Shown: one piece after another, positions 40,101 to 47,971 of the stretch
How positions within the stretch are numbered: position 1 is the first letter of the stretch
How the letters are laid out: each line of letters opens with the position of its first letter
From: a virus
Direction: 5' to 3' (one strand)
Length of the DNA stretch: 64,000 nt
IMG/VR virus record: IMGVR_UViG_3300042564_002372
Coordinates: 32,001-96,000 of that record
The notes under the pieces: model-generated
The model's input: the letters and a program-made list of their open reading frames with translations, nothing else
Databases searched by the model: none
What the model was told of the DNA's origin: nothing
Made by a program: the position numbers and the translations under genes

Positions 40101-41979
40101 TTGCACTTGTTCCTGACGTACCACTAGTTCCACCTGTTCCGTTAGTAGCTGATGTTCCACTGGTTCCACTTGAACCAGAAGTCCCTGTAGTACCTGATGT
40201 TCCTGAGGAGCCACTGGTGCCAGTAGTTCCACTCGTACCGCTTGATCCACTTGTTCCATCTATTCCACTACTGCCAGATGATCCACTACTACCAGATGTG
40301 CCAGTTGTACCACTGGTACCTGAGCTACCGCTAGTGCCTGTAGTACCTGAAGTTCCAGCTGTTGCGCTAGTACCTGAGGTGCCGCTTGTTCCAGATGAAC
40401 CATCTCCACCTGTAGCACCATCAAGATTGACTTGCCATGTGCTGTATGTACCAGAACCAGTTAGTCTAAATACTATAAAGCTTAATGCCCCTGTTGATGG
40501 GTTGTAAGAAACAACTTCAGCCTCGTTGTGATTATTTGCATCGTATGCAATAATTATAGATTGTGCTACAGTGTATGCTAGTCCAAGACCCACTGTAATG
40601 GTTCCTGAGTTCCCTGGTGCTTGTAGTGTGTATGTTGAGCTTGATGTAGTGGCAAATCTATCTCCAGATAAGCCAGAAGAACCTGATGTACCAGTCGTTC
40701 CACTAGTACCTGCTGTACCACTTGTTCCAGTAGTACCGCTCGTGCCACTAGTCCCACTAGAGCCTGTTGTACCACTAGAGCCACTTGTACCATTACTACC
40801 ATCAAGACCAGTAGTTCCGCTAGTTCCAGAGCTACCACTTGTTCCAGTGGTTCCACTTGTCCCTGAACTACCAGATGTACCTGTAGTGCCTGAAGAACCA
40901 GATGTTCCTGTTGTTCCACTTGATCCTGAGGTTCCAGTGCTTCCACTAGTTCCACTTGTACCACTAGACCCTGAAGTACCGCTAGTACCATCTGTTCCGC
41001 TAGTTCCACTAGTTCCTGTTGTACCTGAACTTCCTGATGAGCCTGAAGTACCAGTGGTACCACTACTTCCTGAAGTACCAGATGTACCAGATGTACCAGT
41101 GCTACCTGAAGTACCGCTACTACCTGATGTTCCTCTTGTACCTGAGGTACCAGAGGTTCCTGCTGATCCTGTGCTACCAGATGTACCTGAGGTTCCAGCT
41201 GTACCACTTGTACCTGCTGGGCCTGGGACATAGCCAAGAATTGTATATATATCAAGATCAGTTATAGGGCTCGCTGCTGTAACTAATCCTTTTGCATTTA
41301 CAGAAAACTTTAATGGCGTTACACTTGTGTATGGATTAGCATTTGCATTTTGTAATGTAAGTGTTATTGTGCTCTGTGTAAAGCCTGTACCTACCACATC
41401 TCCTGTGAATGTAATGGCTTGTGGAGAAACTACTAATGGTGTTGTTGTAAGACTTGTAACTAATCCTTTAGCATTAACTGTTACCACTGGAATCAATTGG
41501 CTAGCACCAAATGTTCCTGGGTTTATATTTACAGTGTTGAGTGTGAAAGCTACAGCACCAGGGCCTGTTGCTACACCATCACCAGAAAGAGCTGTGATGT
41601 AGTTTCCTGGAGGTTGGAAAGATGAGCTGTCTAGTGTACCATCACCTTTAACGAATTGAGAGGATGTACCACCTGTTGTTATATGTCTTGCAGCCTGAAC
41701 ATTACCCTGTAGTGTAAGTGTGAAATTTCCTGCGATGGTTGTGTTCTGAATTAAACTACCACCTAACTGCACTGGTTGACTTAATCCTGATTGAATTAAA
41801 CCATTGTTGAAGATGTAACCCATCTGAGCATTTGTAAATGCTTGGTTAATCTTCTGTAAAGCAGTTTGGAAACTGTCGTTTGTATTTACACCAATATATA
41901 ATAAATTCTCACCTTCATAGAAAACGCAAGAAGATGATAATAAAAGAGGGCATGGCTCAGATCCACATATAACGCTCAT
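37132..41979 (-). CDS. Long tail fibre protein
   Basis: 1615 aa; Cys-rich N-terminal domain, VTVNAKGLVT repeats, two (G-T/S-S/T)n blocks, and repeated GNVGIGT modules typical of trimeric fibres. Confidence 0.8.
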   Translation of the reverse strand: MSVICGSEPCPLLLSSSCVFYEGENLLYIGVNTNDSFQTALQKINQAFTNAQMGYIFNNGLIQSGLSQPVQLGGSLIQNTTIAGNFTLTLQGNVQAARHITTGGTSSQFVKGDGTLDSSSFQPPGNYITALSGDGVATGPGAVAFTLNTVNINPGTFGASQLIPVVTVNAKGLVTSLTTTPLVVSPQAITFTGDVVGTGFTQSTITLTLQNANANPYTSVTPLKFSVNAKGLVTAASPITDLDIYTILGYVPGPAGTSGTAGTSGTSGSTGSAGTSGTSGTRGTSGSSGTSGSTGTSGTSGTSGSSGTTGTSGSSGSSGTTGTSGTSGTDGTSGTSGSSGTSGTSGSTGTSGSSGTTGTSGSSGTTGTSGSSGTSGTTGTSGSSGTSGTTGLDGSNGTSGSSGTTGSSGTSGTSGTTGTSGTAGTSGTTGTSGSSGLSGDRFATTSSSTYTLQAPGNSGTITVGLGLAYTVAQSIIIAYDANNHNEAEVVSYNPSTGALSFIVFRLTGSGTYSTWQVNLDGATGGDGSSGTSGTSGTSATAGTSGTTGTSGSSGTSGTTGTSGSSGSSGSSGIDGTSGSSGTSGTTGTSGSSGTSGTTGTSGSSGTSGTSATNGTGGTSGTSGTSATSGTTGTSGTSGTSGTAGTSGSSGTTGTSGTSGTGGTSGTSGTNGSGGTSGSSGTSVAVSGTTNTITKFTSSTTIGNSLLFDNGTNIGLGTITPLAKLHIEGSGSTYTSPASSDVPGIYIHNTNSSITTANTFLALRTSGAGGGDPILSWDINGVIGWSAGIDNSDGDSFKIANSWSALDSSTRLRINGSGGLRLNAYGAGTFTGTATRNLAVDSSGNVIEVIDGGGTVTGTGTTNYLSKFTGTSSIGNSNIFDNGTNVGIGTASNTTALVEIFGSAFQNGTSPGLRLSSSNTSQTVLAIVNTSSRAYELSVAGSANGSFSGSFYLYDITASTARMVMSSAGNLLVNTTTDAGQRLQVNGNISAGNISAVTNTIGTVDLGLSGGGYPALGYNIQYTSTGNTYQFKVTDTSWMADFGNANLFRIRYAAGTAGNTISYSDLLTINTSGAATFSNSVQAKKALFGVSGVATPSLIVNDNDQSNVRLRLQNSTSGNSWDLVGGLNAANNSDFSIYDVANNNTVLRIVPNTGNASFSSSVTAAQFLASSSANAAIITSTGTSGYGLVAVGSAGGARDIFLAGQSGYSNGFTIKFTGSSMLYAFQDGNVGINTTNPAQRLSVAGEIAKYCSVSGVDGSFENLIKYGFAADLQSGTGAVNRWIGIDATVTAGSAVTNTLRIRAYPGTTGNAVPINVADFRGDQSSVFYGNVGVGTISPQKPLEAISNINDFVSVGVSQMGIGQWSGIHFGYRESNTAYRKSAIVFQRTDLTANDAQGKIHILNGPQGSAGSATLADAKLTIAENGNVGIGTTSPLSRLSVIGDSTNNEGLVNINNSKSAGGVYFPALKVRNGEGNHSYGIVSDFSTGSTGGDRPSVLFYSNVSNHSWAIGQVTAAWGVADSFGIGYRANNSPSTFSSWPTNYLSITTGGNVLIGTTTSTGAKLEINGAIRTGVLDTGYVSGFWKLGRAVIGTQPGETHQIIVEINGALFTIGAAAL
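39935..41215 (-). repeat. Two Gly-X-Y (GTSGSSGTT) triplet repeat blocks (~40665-41215 and ~39935-40420)
   Basis: Gly at every third residue with Ser/Thr at X/Y; 9-nt periodicity in the DNA with synonymous variation. Confidence 0.95.
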
Positions 41980-42007
41980 AGCTTGACTTTTTAAAATTTT
42001 CTATCAA

Positions 42008-42259
42008 TTACAGTGGTCCTGTAGTGGTAGTAGTTGTGGTTGTGACGCTTACAGTTACGTTAATAAAGTTTGTACACACTCCTGTGCTCATTATTCTTAC
42101 AGTGGTTGTACCAGCTGGAGCAGTTACAGTATACCCTGCTAATAAAGTTGCTTTAGGAACATTTGTAGCAAATGCTGATATATATCCATCAACATTTGAA
42201 TAAAGATTAAATGGTCCTGAATCTGCTCCAGCTGATGTAAGAGTTATGTATATGAACAT
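42008..42259 (-). CDS. Small structural protein, paralog of 28262
   Basis: 83 aa; MFIYITLTSAGADSGPFNLYSNVDGY versus MTITITLSAAGVDTGPFSLFSNIDGY; ends in T8. Confidence 0.65.
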   Translation of the reverse strand: MFIYITLTSAGADSGPFNLYSNVDGYISAFATNVPKATLLAGYTVTAPAGTTTVRIMSTGVCTNFINVTVSVTTTTTTTTGPL

Positions 42260-42278
42260 GCACTTTTTAATTTAATAG

Positions 42279-42788
42279 TTAGCAAGAAGTTGCTGCACTC
42301 AACACTCCTCCACTTGATACTGTCCACTTAGTACTTAAATTGGTTATGTAAATATAACCACTATAAGGAATGGTTCGTGCACTATTAGTGTACAATACTA
42401 CACCATTAGCTAACACAGGTACAGATGTGTACAATGGAGGCAACAATACAGCTGATGTGCAAGGACTAGAAAGATTTACCAAACCTCCTAAATACCAAGT
42501 GTAAAATGCAGGTCCTGTAGTAGTTGTTGTACTAGTTGTTGGACGAGCTGATGTACTAGTTGTGGTAGTTGAAGATGGTGTTGGAGAAATTTGTGCTTCT
42601 ATGATAGCAATTGCATTGTCAATTTTCTGCAATACGACTGTAAGGTCATCACAGCTTTGTATTCCTGTTCCTGCTAGGTTTGGACCTATGTATTTTACAT
42701 TCTCAGAAGAAACAAATTTGCATTGATCACCGCTGCAACCACATGGACCTAGAGATCCACATCCTGGGCAATTAACATTAAATGGCAT
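42279..42788 (-). CDS. Short fibre/decoration protein
   Basis: 169 aa; Cys-rich N-terminal domain shared with 37132 and 42793, a Thr linker and a small C-terminal domain. Confidence 0.55.
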   Translation of the reverse strand: MPFNVNCPGCGSLGPCGCSGDQCKFVSSENVKYIGPNLAGTGIQSCDDLTVVLQKIDNAIAIIEAQISPTPSSTTTTSTSARPTTSTTTTTGPAFYTWYLGGLVNLSSPCTSAVLLPPLYTSVPVLANGVVLYTNSARTIPYSGYIYITNLSTKWTVSSGGVLSAATSC

Positions 42789-42792
42789 AATC

Positions 42793-43878
42793 TTATGGGA
42801 TAAACATTATATAGTAAGCACCAATTGTAGGTTGGATATTGGTATGGCTTAATCCACCTCCTGAATTACCTATTACTGTATTTACAGTAATATTTGTTGT
42901 AGCACTAGCTGTTTGTAGTGTAGATAATTGATACACTGTAACTTCTCTTTCAGTGTTAGAAAATTGAGCTCTGTTATTAGTTATTCTAGTTTCATAATTG
43001 TGCTGATGTCCTGGATCAATAACATTACTCGTAGCACTGTGTGTGTGAGAAGGAATTTGAGAAGCTGTAAGAGTCACGTTGTTCAATCCCTGCACACTAT
43101 TCAGTGCGTAACTTGGGTTACCTGGTGTAGATGGATTAACTACTGAACTCATTGGAATTGAGCCAGCCATACTACCATCTGTAGTTCCTACAGCAACACG
43201 TCCTCTCTTGTCTGGTGTACCATTGCTACCATTACACAAATACACATCTACAAACTGTCCTGAGCCTTTTCCTGTAACATCAAAGCCTGTAATAGGACCA
43301 TAGTATTCATACGCAATGTATGGTACCATTCTGTTCTTGTACAGATTGGATGGAGCAATGCTATTCAAATAAGCTTGAATAAGACTATTCAAATCAGCCA
43401 GTTGAACATAGTTTGTTTCAACATCAAGCTCTAGTGCTGCTAGATCAGCAGCTGTTAAACACAACTTGTTGATAGCTGCTTGAAGAATAGCATGTGTATC
43501 AGACGATGCTGTTACACCTGTCAAACATCCAATTGTGTAATCAGCATTAAGGGTGGTGAGTGTTGATTCAATTGCTGTAACACTGGTTTTTAAAGAGCAA
43601 ATTGATTTTATCAGGGCTGAAATAACATTATTAAGTGTAATGGTACCAGACCCTGGAAGAAACCCACTCACCAATGGGCAGAGATCAGCTGGATTAATGA
43701 CAGGAATAACGCCATTACCAGTAGACAAGTTTATGATGAAATTTGCAATTTGTAATTCAACATGGGCAAGAGTATCGCCATTTGAAATACCAAGAGCAGG
43801 AATACCATATCCTGTATATTTTACGCACTGATCAGATATAATTTCAGTGCATCCATTAAAGCAATTAGAGCAGCTCAT
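42793..43878 (-). CDS. Tail-collar-domain fibre protein
   Basis: 361 aa; YLCNGSNGTPDKRGRVAVG...VTLTASQIPSHTH...HTNIQP is a phage tail-collar / His-containing needle signature. Confidence 0.75.
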   Translation of the reverse strand: MSCSNCFNGCTEIISDQCVKYTGYGIPALGISNGDTLAHVELQIANFIINLSTGNGVIPVINPADLCPLVSGFLPGSGTITLNNVISALIKSICSLKTSVTAIESTLTTLNADYTIGCLTGVTASSDTHAILQAAINKLCLTAADLAALELDVETNYVQLADLNSLIQAYLNSIAPSNLYKNRMVPYIAYEYYGPITGFDVTGKGSGQFVDVYLCNGSNGTPDKRGRVAVGTTDGSMAGSIPMSSVVNPSTPGNPSYALNSVQGLNNVTLTASQIPSHTHSATSNVIDPGHQHNYETRITNNRAQFSNTEREVTVYQLSTLQTASATTNITVNTVIGNSGGGLSHTNIQPTIGAYYIMFIP

Positions 43879-44145
43879 TTATTTATATTTTAGAAGTTTT
43901 ACTTTACTAGCTATTTGACATACACTAAAGTTTTTAGCGTAATCTGGGTTACAATACTTATATGTCAAGATTCTTCTATAGTTGAGAAGATCTATCATTG
44001 TTGTATATGGAATAGGCATATTCAATGCAAACACAGTGTTGTTGTAAAGATTCTTTGCAACTTCTGTAATCTTACATTCAATATCTTGTAGCAAATCAGG
44101 AATTTCACCACATTCAGAACAGGAAGTTAATCTAGGTTGTAACAT
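43879..44145 (-). CDS. Small Cys-containing structural protein (possible tail hub)
   Basis: 88 aa, tightly packed in the operon. Confidence 0.5.
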   Translation of the reverse strand: MLQPRLTSCSECGEIPDLLQDIECKITEVAKNLYNNTVFALNMPIPYTTMIDLLNYRRILTYKYCNPDYAKNFSVCQIASKVKLLKYK

Positions 44146-44147
44146 GT

Positions 44148-44279
44148 CTATTGATTTTGAGATATTGGTGGTTGCACTGTGATTTCATCCTTTTTCTTCT
44201 GTGCACAATACGCACACATTCCATTTTTCAGATTGCATCCACATCCTACACTTGCTCCACAGCTTGAACACTTTGCCAT
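44148..44279 (-). CDS. 43-aa Cys-rich microprotein (missed by the ORF track)
   Basis: MAKCSSCGASVGCGCNLKNGMCAYCAQKKKDEITVQPPISQNQ*; fills the gap between two genes exactly. Confidence 0.75.
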   Translation of the reverse strand: MAKCSSCGASVGCGCNLKNGMCAYCAQKKKDEITVQPPISQNQ

Positions 44280-44280
44280 A

Positions 44281-44847
44281 TTAGTAATACGTTGTTACAG
44301 TTGCATAATTATTTCCTGAGCACCCACAGTTGTTTCTCATGAAGTTGCTCAGCATTTTATCAGCTTGAAGATACAATTTATTTGCTTCAACTGTAGCACA
44401 ATTATTTGCAGCTGCAATAGCTCCATTGATAAAGAATGATATAGTTGTAAGCTCCACCTTAGCTTGTGTCTTAATTGCTCTGTCACACTCCATCATGTCA
44501 AGCTTCATAAATGCTTCGTCAAACTTCTCTTGAAGTCTTTCCACACGCATGATAGTTTTCTTAACAAAGTTTACGTTTGCTGGAGCCACTGAATACTTTA
44601 GATAGTAGATACCATCAGGAAGTGGATCGTTACCAAGTGTTGAAATTCCTAAGTTGGAGGTTGTAAAAACATTCAACTCATTAACAACAAATGGAAGATT
44701 TACTATCCCAAAGTTAGGAACATTTATCTCAATAGATGGAGATGTAACGTTTGGTGGTGTAGTTGGGTAGGTAGATGCATCAGCAACAGCAAGCGTTAGC
44801 GTGTTGTATGTTGGAACTACGAGAATGTCTAGTTTCAGAGTTGACAT
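44281..44847 (-). CDS. Structural protein (possible tail hub)
   Basis: Likely start is MSTLKLDILV at 44847, because the ORF-track start at 44907 lies inside a terminator hairpin; LPDGIYYLKYSV. Confidence 0.55.
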   Translation of the reverse strand: MSTLKLDILVVPTYNTLTLAVADASTYPTTPPNVTSPSIEINVPNFGIVNLPFVVNELNVFTTSNLGISTLGNDPLPDGIYYLKYSVAPANVNFVKKTIMRVERLQEKFDEAFMKLDMMECDRAIKTQAKVELTTISFFINGAIAAANNCATVEANKLYLQADKMLSNFMRNNCGCSGNNYATVTTYY

Positions 44848-44855
44848 AGGAGTTA

Positions 44856-44907
44856 TAAAGAAAAATGCCAGAGGACTTTGAGAACTAATCCTCTCACCCT
44901 CTGGCAT
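44856..44907 (-). terminator. Intrinsic terminator after the capsid-associated genes
   Basis: ATGCCAGAGG/CCTCTGGCAT 10-bp stem followed by TTTTCTTT on the minus strand. Confidence 0.7.
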
Positions 44908-44936
44908 AGGTTATAGAAATTTTAACTTACCTACTA

Positions 44937-46124
44937 TTAAGGAATCAAAGTGCTAGTAGTGGTAGTAGTTGATGGAGGTGTAGAAGTGGTAGTGGTAGTT
45001 GTAGTGATACAAGCGTTGTTATCAAGTACAGTACCAAGAGCAGCTTCAAGAACAGCTTCAACAGCAGTAGAGATACCAGCGTTACCTGGAGTAGCAGCGT
45101 TAGGAACAGCAATAATTACCATGCTATCTTCATAGATGTAATCACCCCACTGGTAAACAGATTTGTCAAACTGGTTGAATCTGATGTAGTAGGTGTTGTA
45201 AATAACGTTGTTGCTTACATAGGTCTCGAAGTTCTCATTGTAACCATTCATTCTGTACAAGTGCTTCAAGTAACCAGCCTGATAGCTGTAGAAGTTCTTC
45301 TCAAGCTGAGCAATTTCGTCAGCAGTACCAGTTGGGTAAGAAGATCTCTGAACAACAACAGGGTTAGCTACGATGTCACAGTTGTCAGCAACGATGAAGT
45401 CAGCAGTGGTAGCAGGACCTTGGTATACAAAGGTACGGAACCACATTCTGTCATATTCCCAAGGGAATGCAGCAATATCGCAAGGCTGGCCATATTTGGT
45501 AAGAGGCTTACCAGAAATACGAAGAACAGCACTAGCATTGTTACCAATTCTTTGGAATGTGTAGAAATCAGACAATGTGATGTTGTCAGGGTTGTTGCCA
45601 GGAGCTGCAAGATTCAATTGGAAAATAAATTGATCAATCAATGCAGGTACGTTGACATCAGCGCAAGGATCAGCACCACAATCACAGCAAGGAGCTTGTA
45701 CAGTTACAGAACGGGTGAAACCGTTGAAGTACAAGGTGTCAAGATAACTAGAGTGGCCTCTTAGAGTAAGAGTTACAACTTCTCCACACTGTACATTCCA
45801 ATTACCTACATCGGTAATTTGGACAGCAGGAGTAGAGCAACCTGATACTTTGTACCATTCAGTTACGTTGGAAGAGCAACCTGAACCAGAAGGACAACCC
45901 TTGATTTTATCAGAACGCTTAGAGCCTTGTAGGTAGGTGTTTTGTCTACCTTGAGCTACATAGAAGTATGGAGCAGCAGCAATGTTGCCAGCTGTAGCCA
46001 CACTGTAGTCGTTTCTGAAGAAACCAACTTGACCAGCAGTTAGATCCTGAGTAGAACCAGCACTAGGGAGCGAAGTTTGCCCTACTGGAACTACAAAAAG
46101 GGTGGTTAACGAGAAATCAGCCAT
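44937..46124 (-). CDS. Putative auxiliary capsid/structural protein
   Basis: 395 aa; third gene after the MCP, followed by a terminator; Thr-rich tail. Confidence 0.55.
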   Translation of the reverse strand: MADFSLTTLFVVPVGQTSLPSAGSTQDLTAGQVGFFRNDYSVATAGNIAAAPYFYVAQGRQNTYLQGSKRSDKIKGCPSGSGCSSNVTEWYKVSGCSTPAVQITDVGNWNVQCGEVVTLTLRGHSSYLDTLYFNGFTRSVTVQAPCCDCGADPCADVNVPALIDQFIFQLNLAAPGNNPDNITLSDFYTFQRIGNNASAVLRISGKPLTKYGQPCDIAAFPWEYDRMWFRTFVYQGPATTADFIVADNCDIVANPVVVQRSSYPTGTADEIAQLEKNFYSYQAGYLKHLYRMNGYNENFETYVSNNVIYNTYYIRFNQFDKSVYQWGDYIYEDSMVIIAVPNAATPGNAGISTAVEAVLEAALGTVLDNNACITTTTTTTSTPPSTTTTTSTLIP

Positions 46125-46149
46125 TTTTTTGTTTGTTTGTTAAGTTTAT

Positions 46150-46881
46150 TTATTCATTTGTTTGTATTCTGAACTGGGCACTTTGTACCGCAGCTGCATT
46201 CTCTGTATACATTGCAAGGTTTTGGACAGTTAAATCGACTAACTCGTCTTCTAGGTATTCTTCAAGTTCGCAATTAACATCCGTAGATGGTTGGCCGTCA
46301 AACCTGATGTAACCTGCCTTATCAATGTAGATTGGATATCTCATATAAGAGATGTATATCGCACTAGGAGTGAACGTTCCGTCTGTGAATATACTAATTT
46401 CATCTGAGGAGATAAAATTAAATGTCTCTTGATATTCGAAAGATGGTTTATAGTGAACGTTGTTCAATAAGAACTGCAAATCACCATGTTTTGCCAAATC
46501 TTTGTTTATCCAAATTTGTCGATCCTTACATGGGCCTTTGTCAGCTAAAACATAGCTGTCAATGTAGAACATGTATTTTGGATCAAGCTTATCAATATCA
46601 GCTGCCCACTGATTCAATGTTTCATTCTTAATGTATAGGTCCAACTTACCACGATTGTAATTAATTACAAGTCTTTGTAGGTCTTCGTAACGCTTTTTAA
46701 AAGAGTCTAGTCCTAAACCACTAACAACACTAAATCCATCAACCTTCTGTTTGATGAGCTTTATTTGCGCTTCGTTAAGCGCAAGTATTTTATCTTCTAG
46801 TTGAATCTGTTGATGCTCATTAGTTGATAGTTTATTTAGTTTTTGATCAATCTTATATAATAAACTATCTACAGGTATCAT
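46150..46881 (-). CDS. Head-tail ring/adaptor protein (crAss-like)
   Basis: 243 aa; LNEAQIKLIKQ, YISYMRYP and CELEEYLEDELVDLTV resemble crAss-like ring proteins. Confidence 0.6.
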   Translation of the reverse strand: MIPVDSLLYKIDQKLNKLSTNEHQQIQLEDKILALNEAQIKLIKQKVDGFSVVSGLGLDSFKKRYEDLQRLVINYNRGKLDLYIKNETLNQWAADIDKLDPKYMFYIDSYVLADKGPCKDRQIWINKDLAKHGDLQFLLNNVHYKPSFEYQETFNFISSDEISIFTDGTFTPSAIYISYMRYPIYIDKAGYIRFDGQPSTDVNCELEEYLEDELVDLTVQNLAMYTENAAAVQSAQFRIQTNE

Positions 46882-47846
46882 ACAGAAGCGAGTTTCTTAG
46901 ATTTCAACTTTTGTTCTAGAGTGATTAGTTCGTCTTGATTATCATCGTTAGCCAAGAACTTCACCAATTCCTCTTCGTCTTTTGCCACTTCATATTCACC
47001 TTCAAAGATACGTCCGCTGGACTTAACTCTGTAAACTGAATGTGCAATAGCTTGCTTAACCAAATCTTTGATATGGAGTAAATTTTCCTTCATGTCTGCA
47101 AATCTGTTAAACACTTCGATTGTTGACAATCCTTGGTATTTACCAGACTTGAATTCAGTCTGCTTGAGAATATTATCCACTTGATTATATACAAAATCTT
47201 CTTTGGAATCTTCTGTAATTGGAAGTCCTAGAAGTCTTGCTACTTTTCTTTTCTTCTCAGGAGACATTGTATCAAACTTGGAGATTGCCTTGTTGATCAA
47301 TTGTTTCTTCTTGAAGATTACAGCATTTTCGATATCATCATCTACAACGTAGAATTGTGTATCTGCTGGATAGTCACCTCTTTCCCATGCTTGGTAAGAA
47401 CTAGCAACAGTTGGATGAACTCTCAACCAAGAGAACGCAAGTTCTTGAAAAGGTATTGTCAAATCGAAGTAGTTATCACCATCAAGAAGTTTCACAGGTT
47501 GGACATGTGTATTATCATCTGTAGACTTAGATAAGCTGTAGTTCCAGAAAGGAGCTCTTGGTCCAAGATCAATTCCTCCTAGAGCATTTTCAAGTTTCTG
47601 TCTTAGCTCTGTTACACGCTCAACTTCTAGTTCACGTTCTGTAGGATCAGCAATTCTTCTGATGTAAGCAGCATCAGGATCTAAACCTGTTCTGTATCTT
47701 CCATCAAGTTCCTTGTAAGGATATTTAAAAACTCCAGTTCCTGGAATTCTTGATAACCCTCGTTGTGATAATCCTCCTTGCATGGTTTGCATGCCAGCAC
47801 TGTTGTACTCCTTCTTAATCGTGGAGATTTTCCCTAATTTACCCAT
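46878..47846 (-). CDS. Conserved crAss-like protein downstream of the MCP
   Basis: 322 aa; directly downstream of the major capsid gene. Confidence 0.55.
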   Translation of the reverse strand: MGKLGKISTIKKEYNSAGMQTMQGGLSQRGLSRIPGTGVFKYPYKELDGRYRTGLDPDAAYIRRIADPTERELEVERVTELRQKLENALGGIDLGPRAPFWNYSLSKSTDDNTHVQPVKLLDGDNYFDLTIPFQELAFSWLRVHPTVASSYQAWERGDYPADTQFYVVDDDIENAVIFKKKQLINKAISKFDTMSPEKKRKVARLLGLPITEDSKEDFVYNQVDNILKQTEFKSGKYQGLSTIEVFNRFADMKENLLHIKDLVKQAIAHSVYRVKSSGRIFEGEYEVAKDEEELVKFLANDDNQDELITLEQKLKSKKLASV

Positions 47847-47933
47847 TACGTAGTTATTTGATTATTATTGGTTTGTTTGCAGAGTGCGCCAATCAAATGG
47901 CTAGGCTCACTGACCCACACTCTGTTTTAAAGA

Positions 47934-47969
47934 GGGAAAAAGTGCCCCTCGCTTTGAGGGGCTCTTTCC
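47934..47969 (-). terminator. Terminator-like hairpin after the MCP
   Basis: GCCCCTC-AAAGC-GAGGGGC followed by ACTTTTT on the minus strand. Confidence 0.7.
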
Positions 47970-47971
47970 TA

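Noticed and set aside
39842-41267. Plus-strand ORFs of 220-221 aa (VPLVPEVP...) and alternative-frame minus ORFs over the fibre gene
   Set aside because: Shadow frames of the GTS repeat; low complexity removes stop codons.
37132-43878. Diversity-generating retroelement or invertible cassette acting on the fibres
   Set aside because: No reverse transcriptase, recombinase or near-identical template/variable repeat pair seen in this window.
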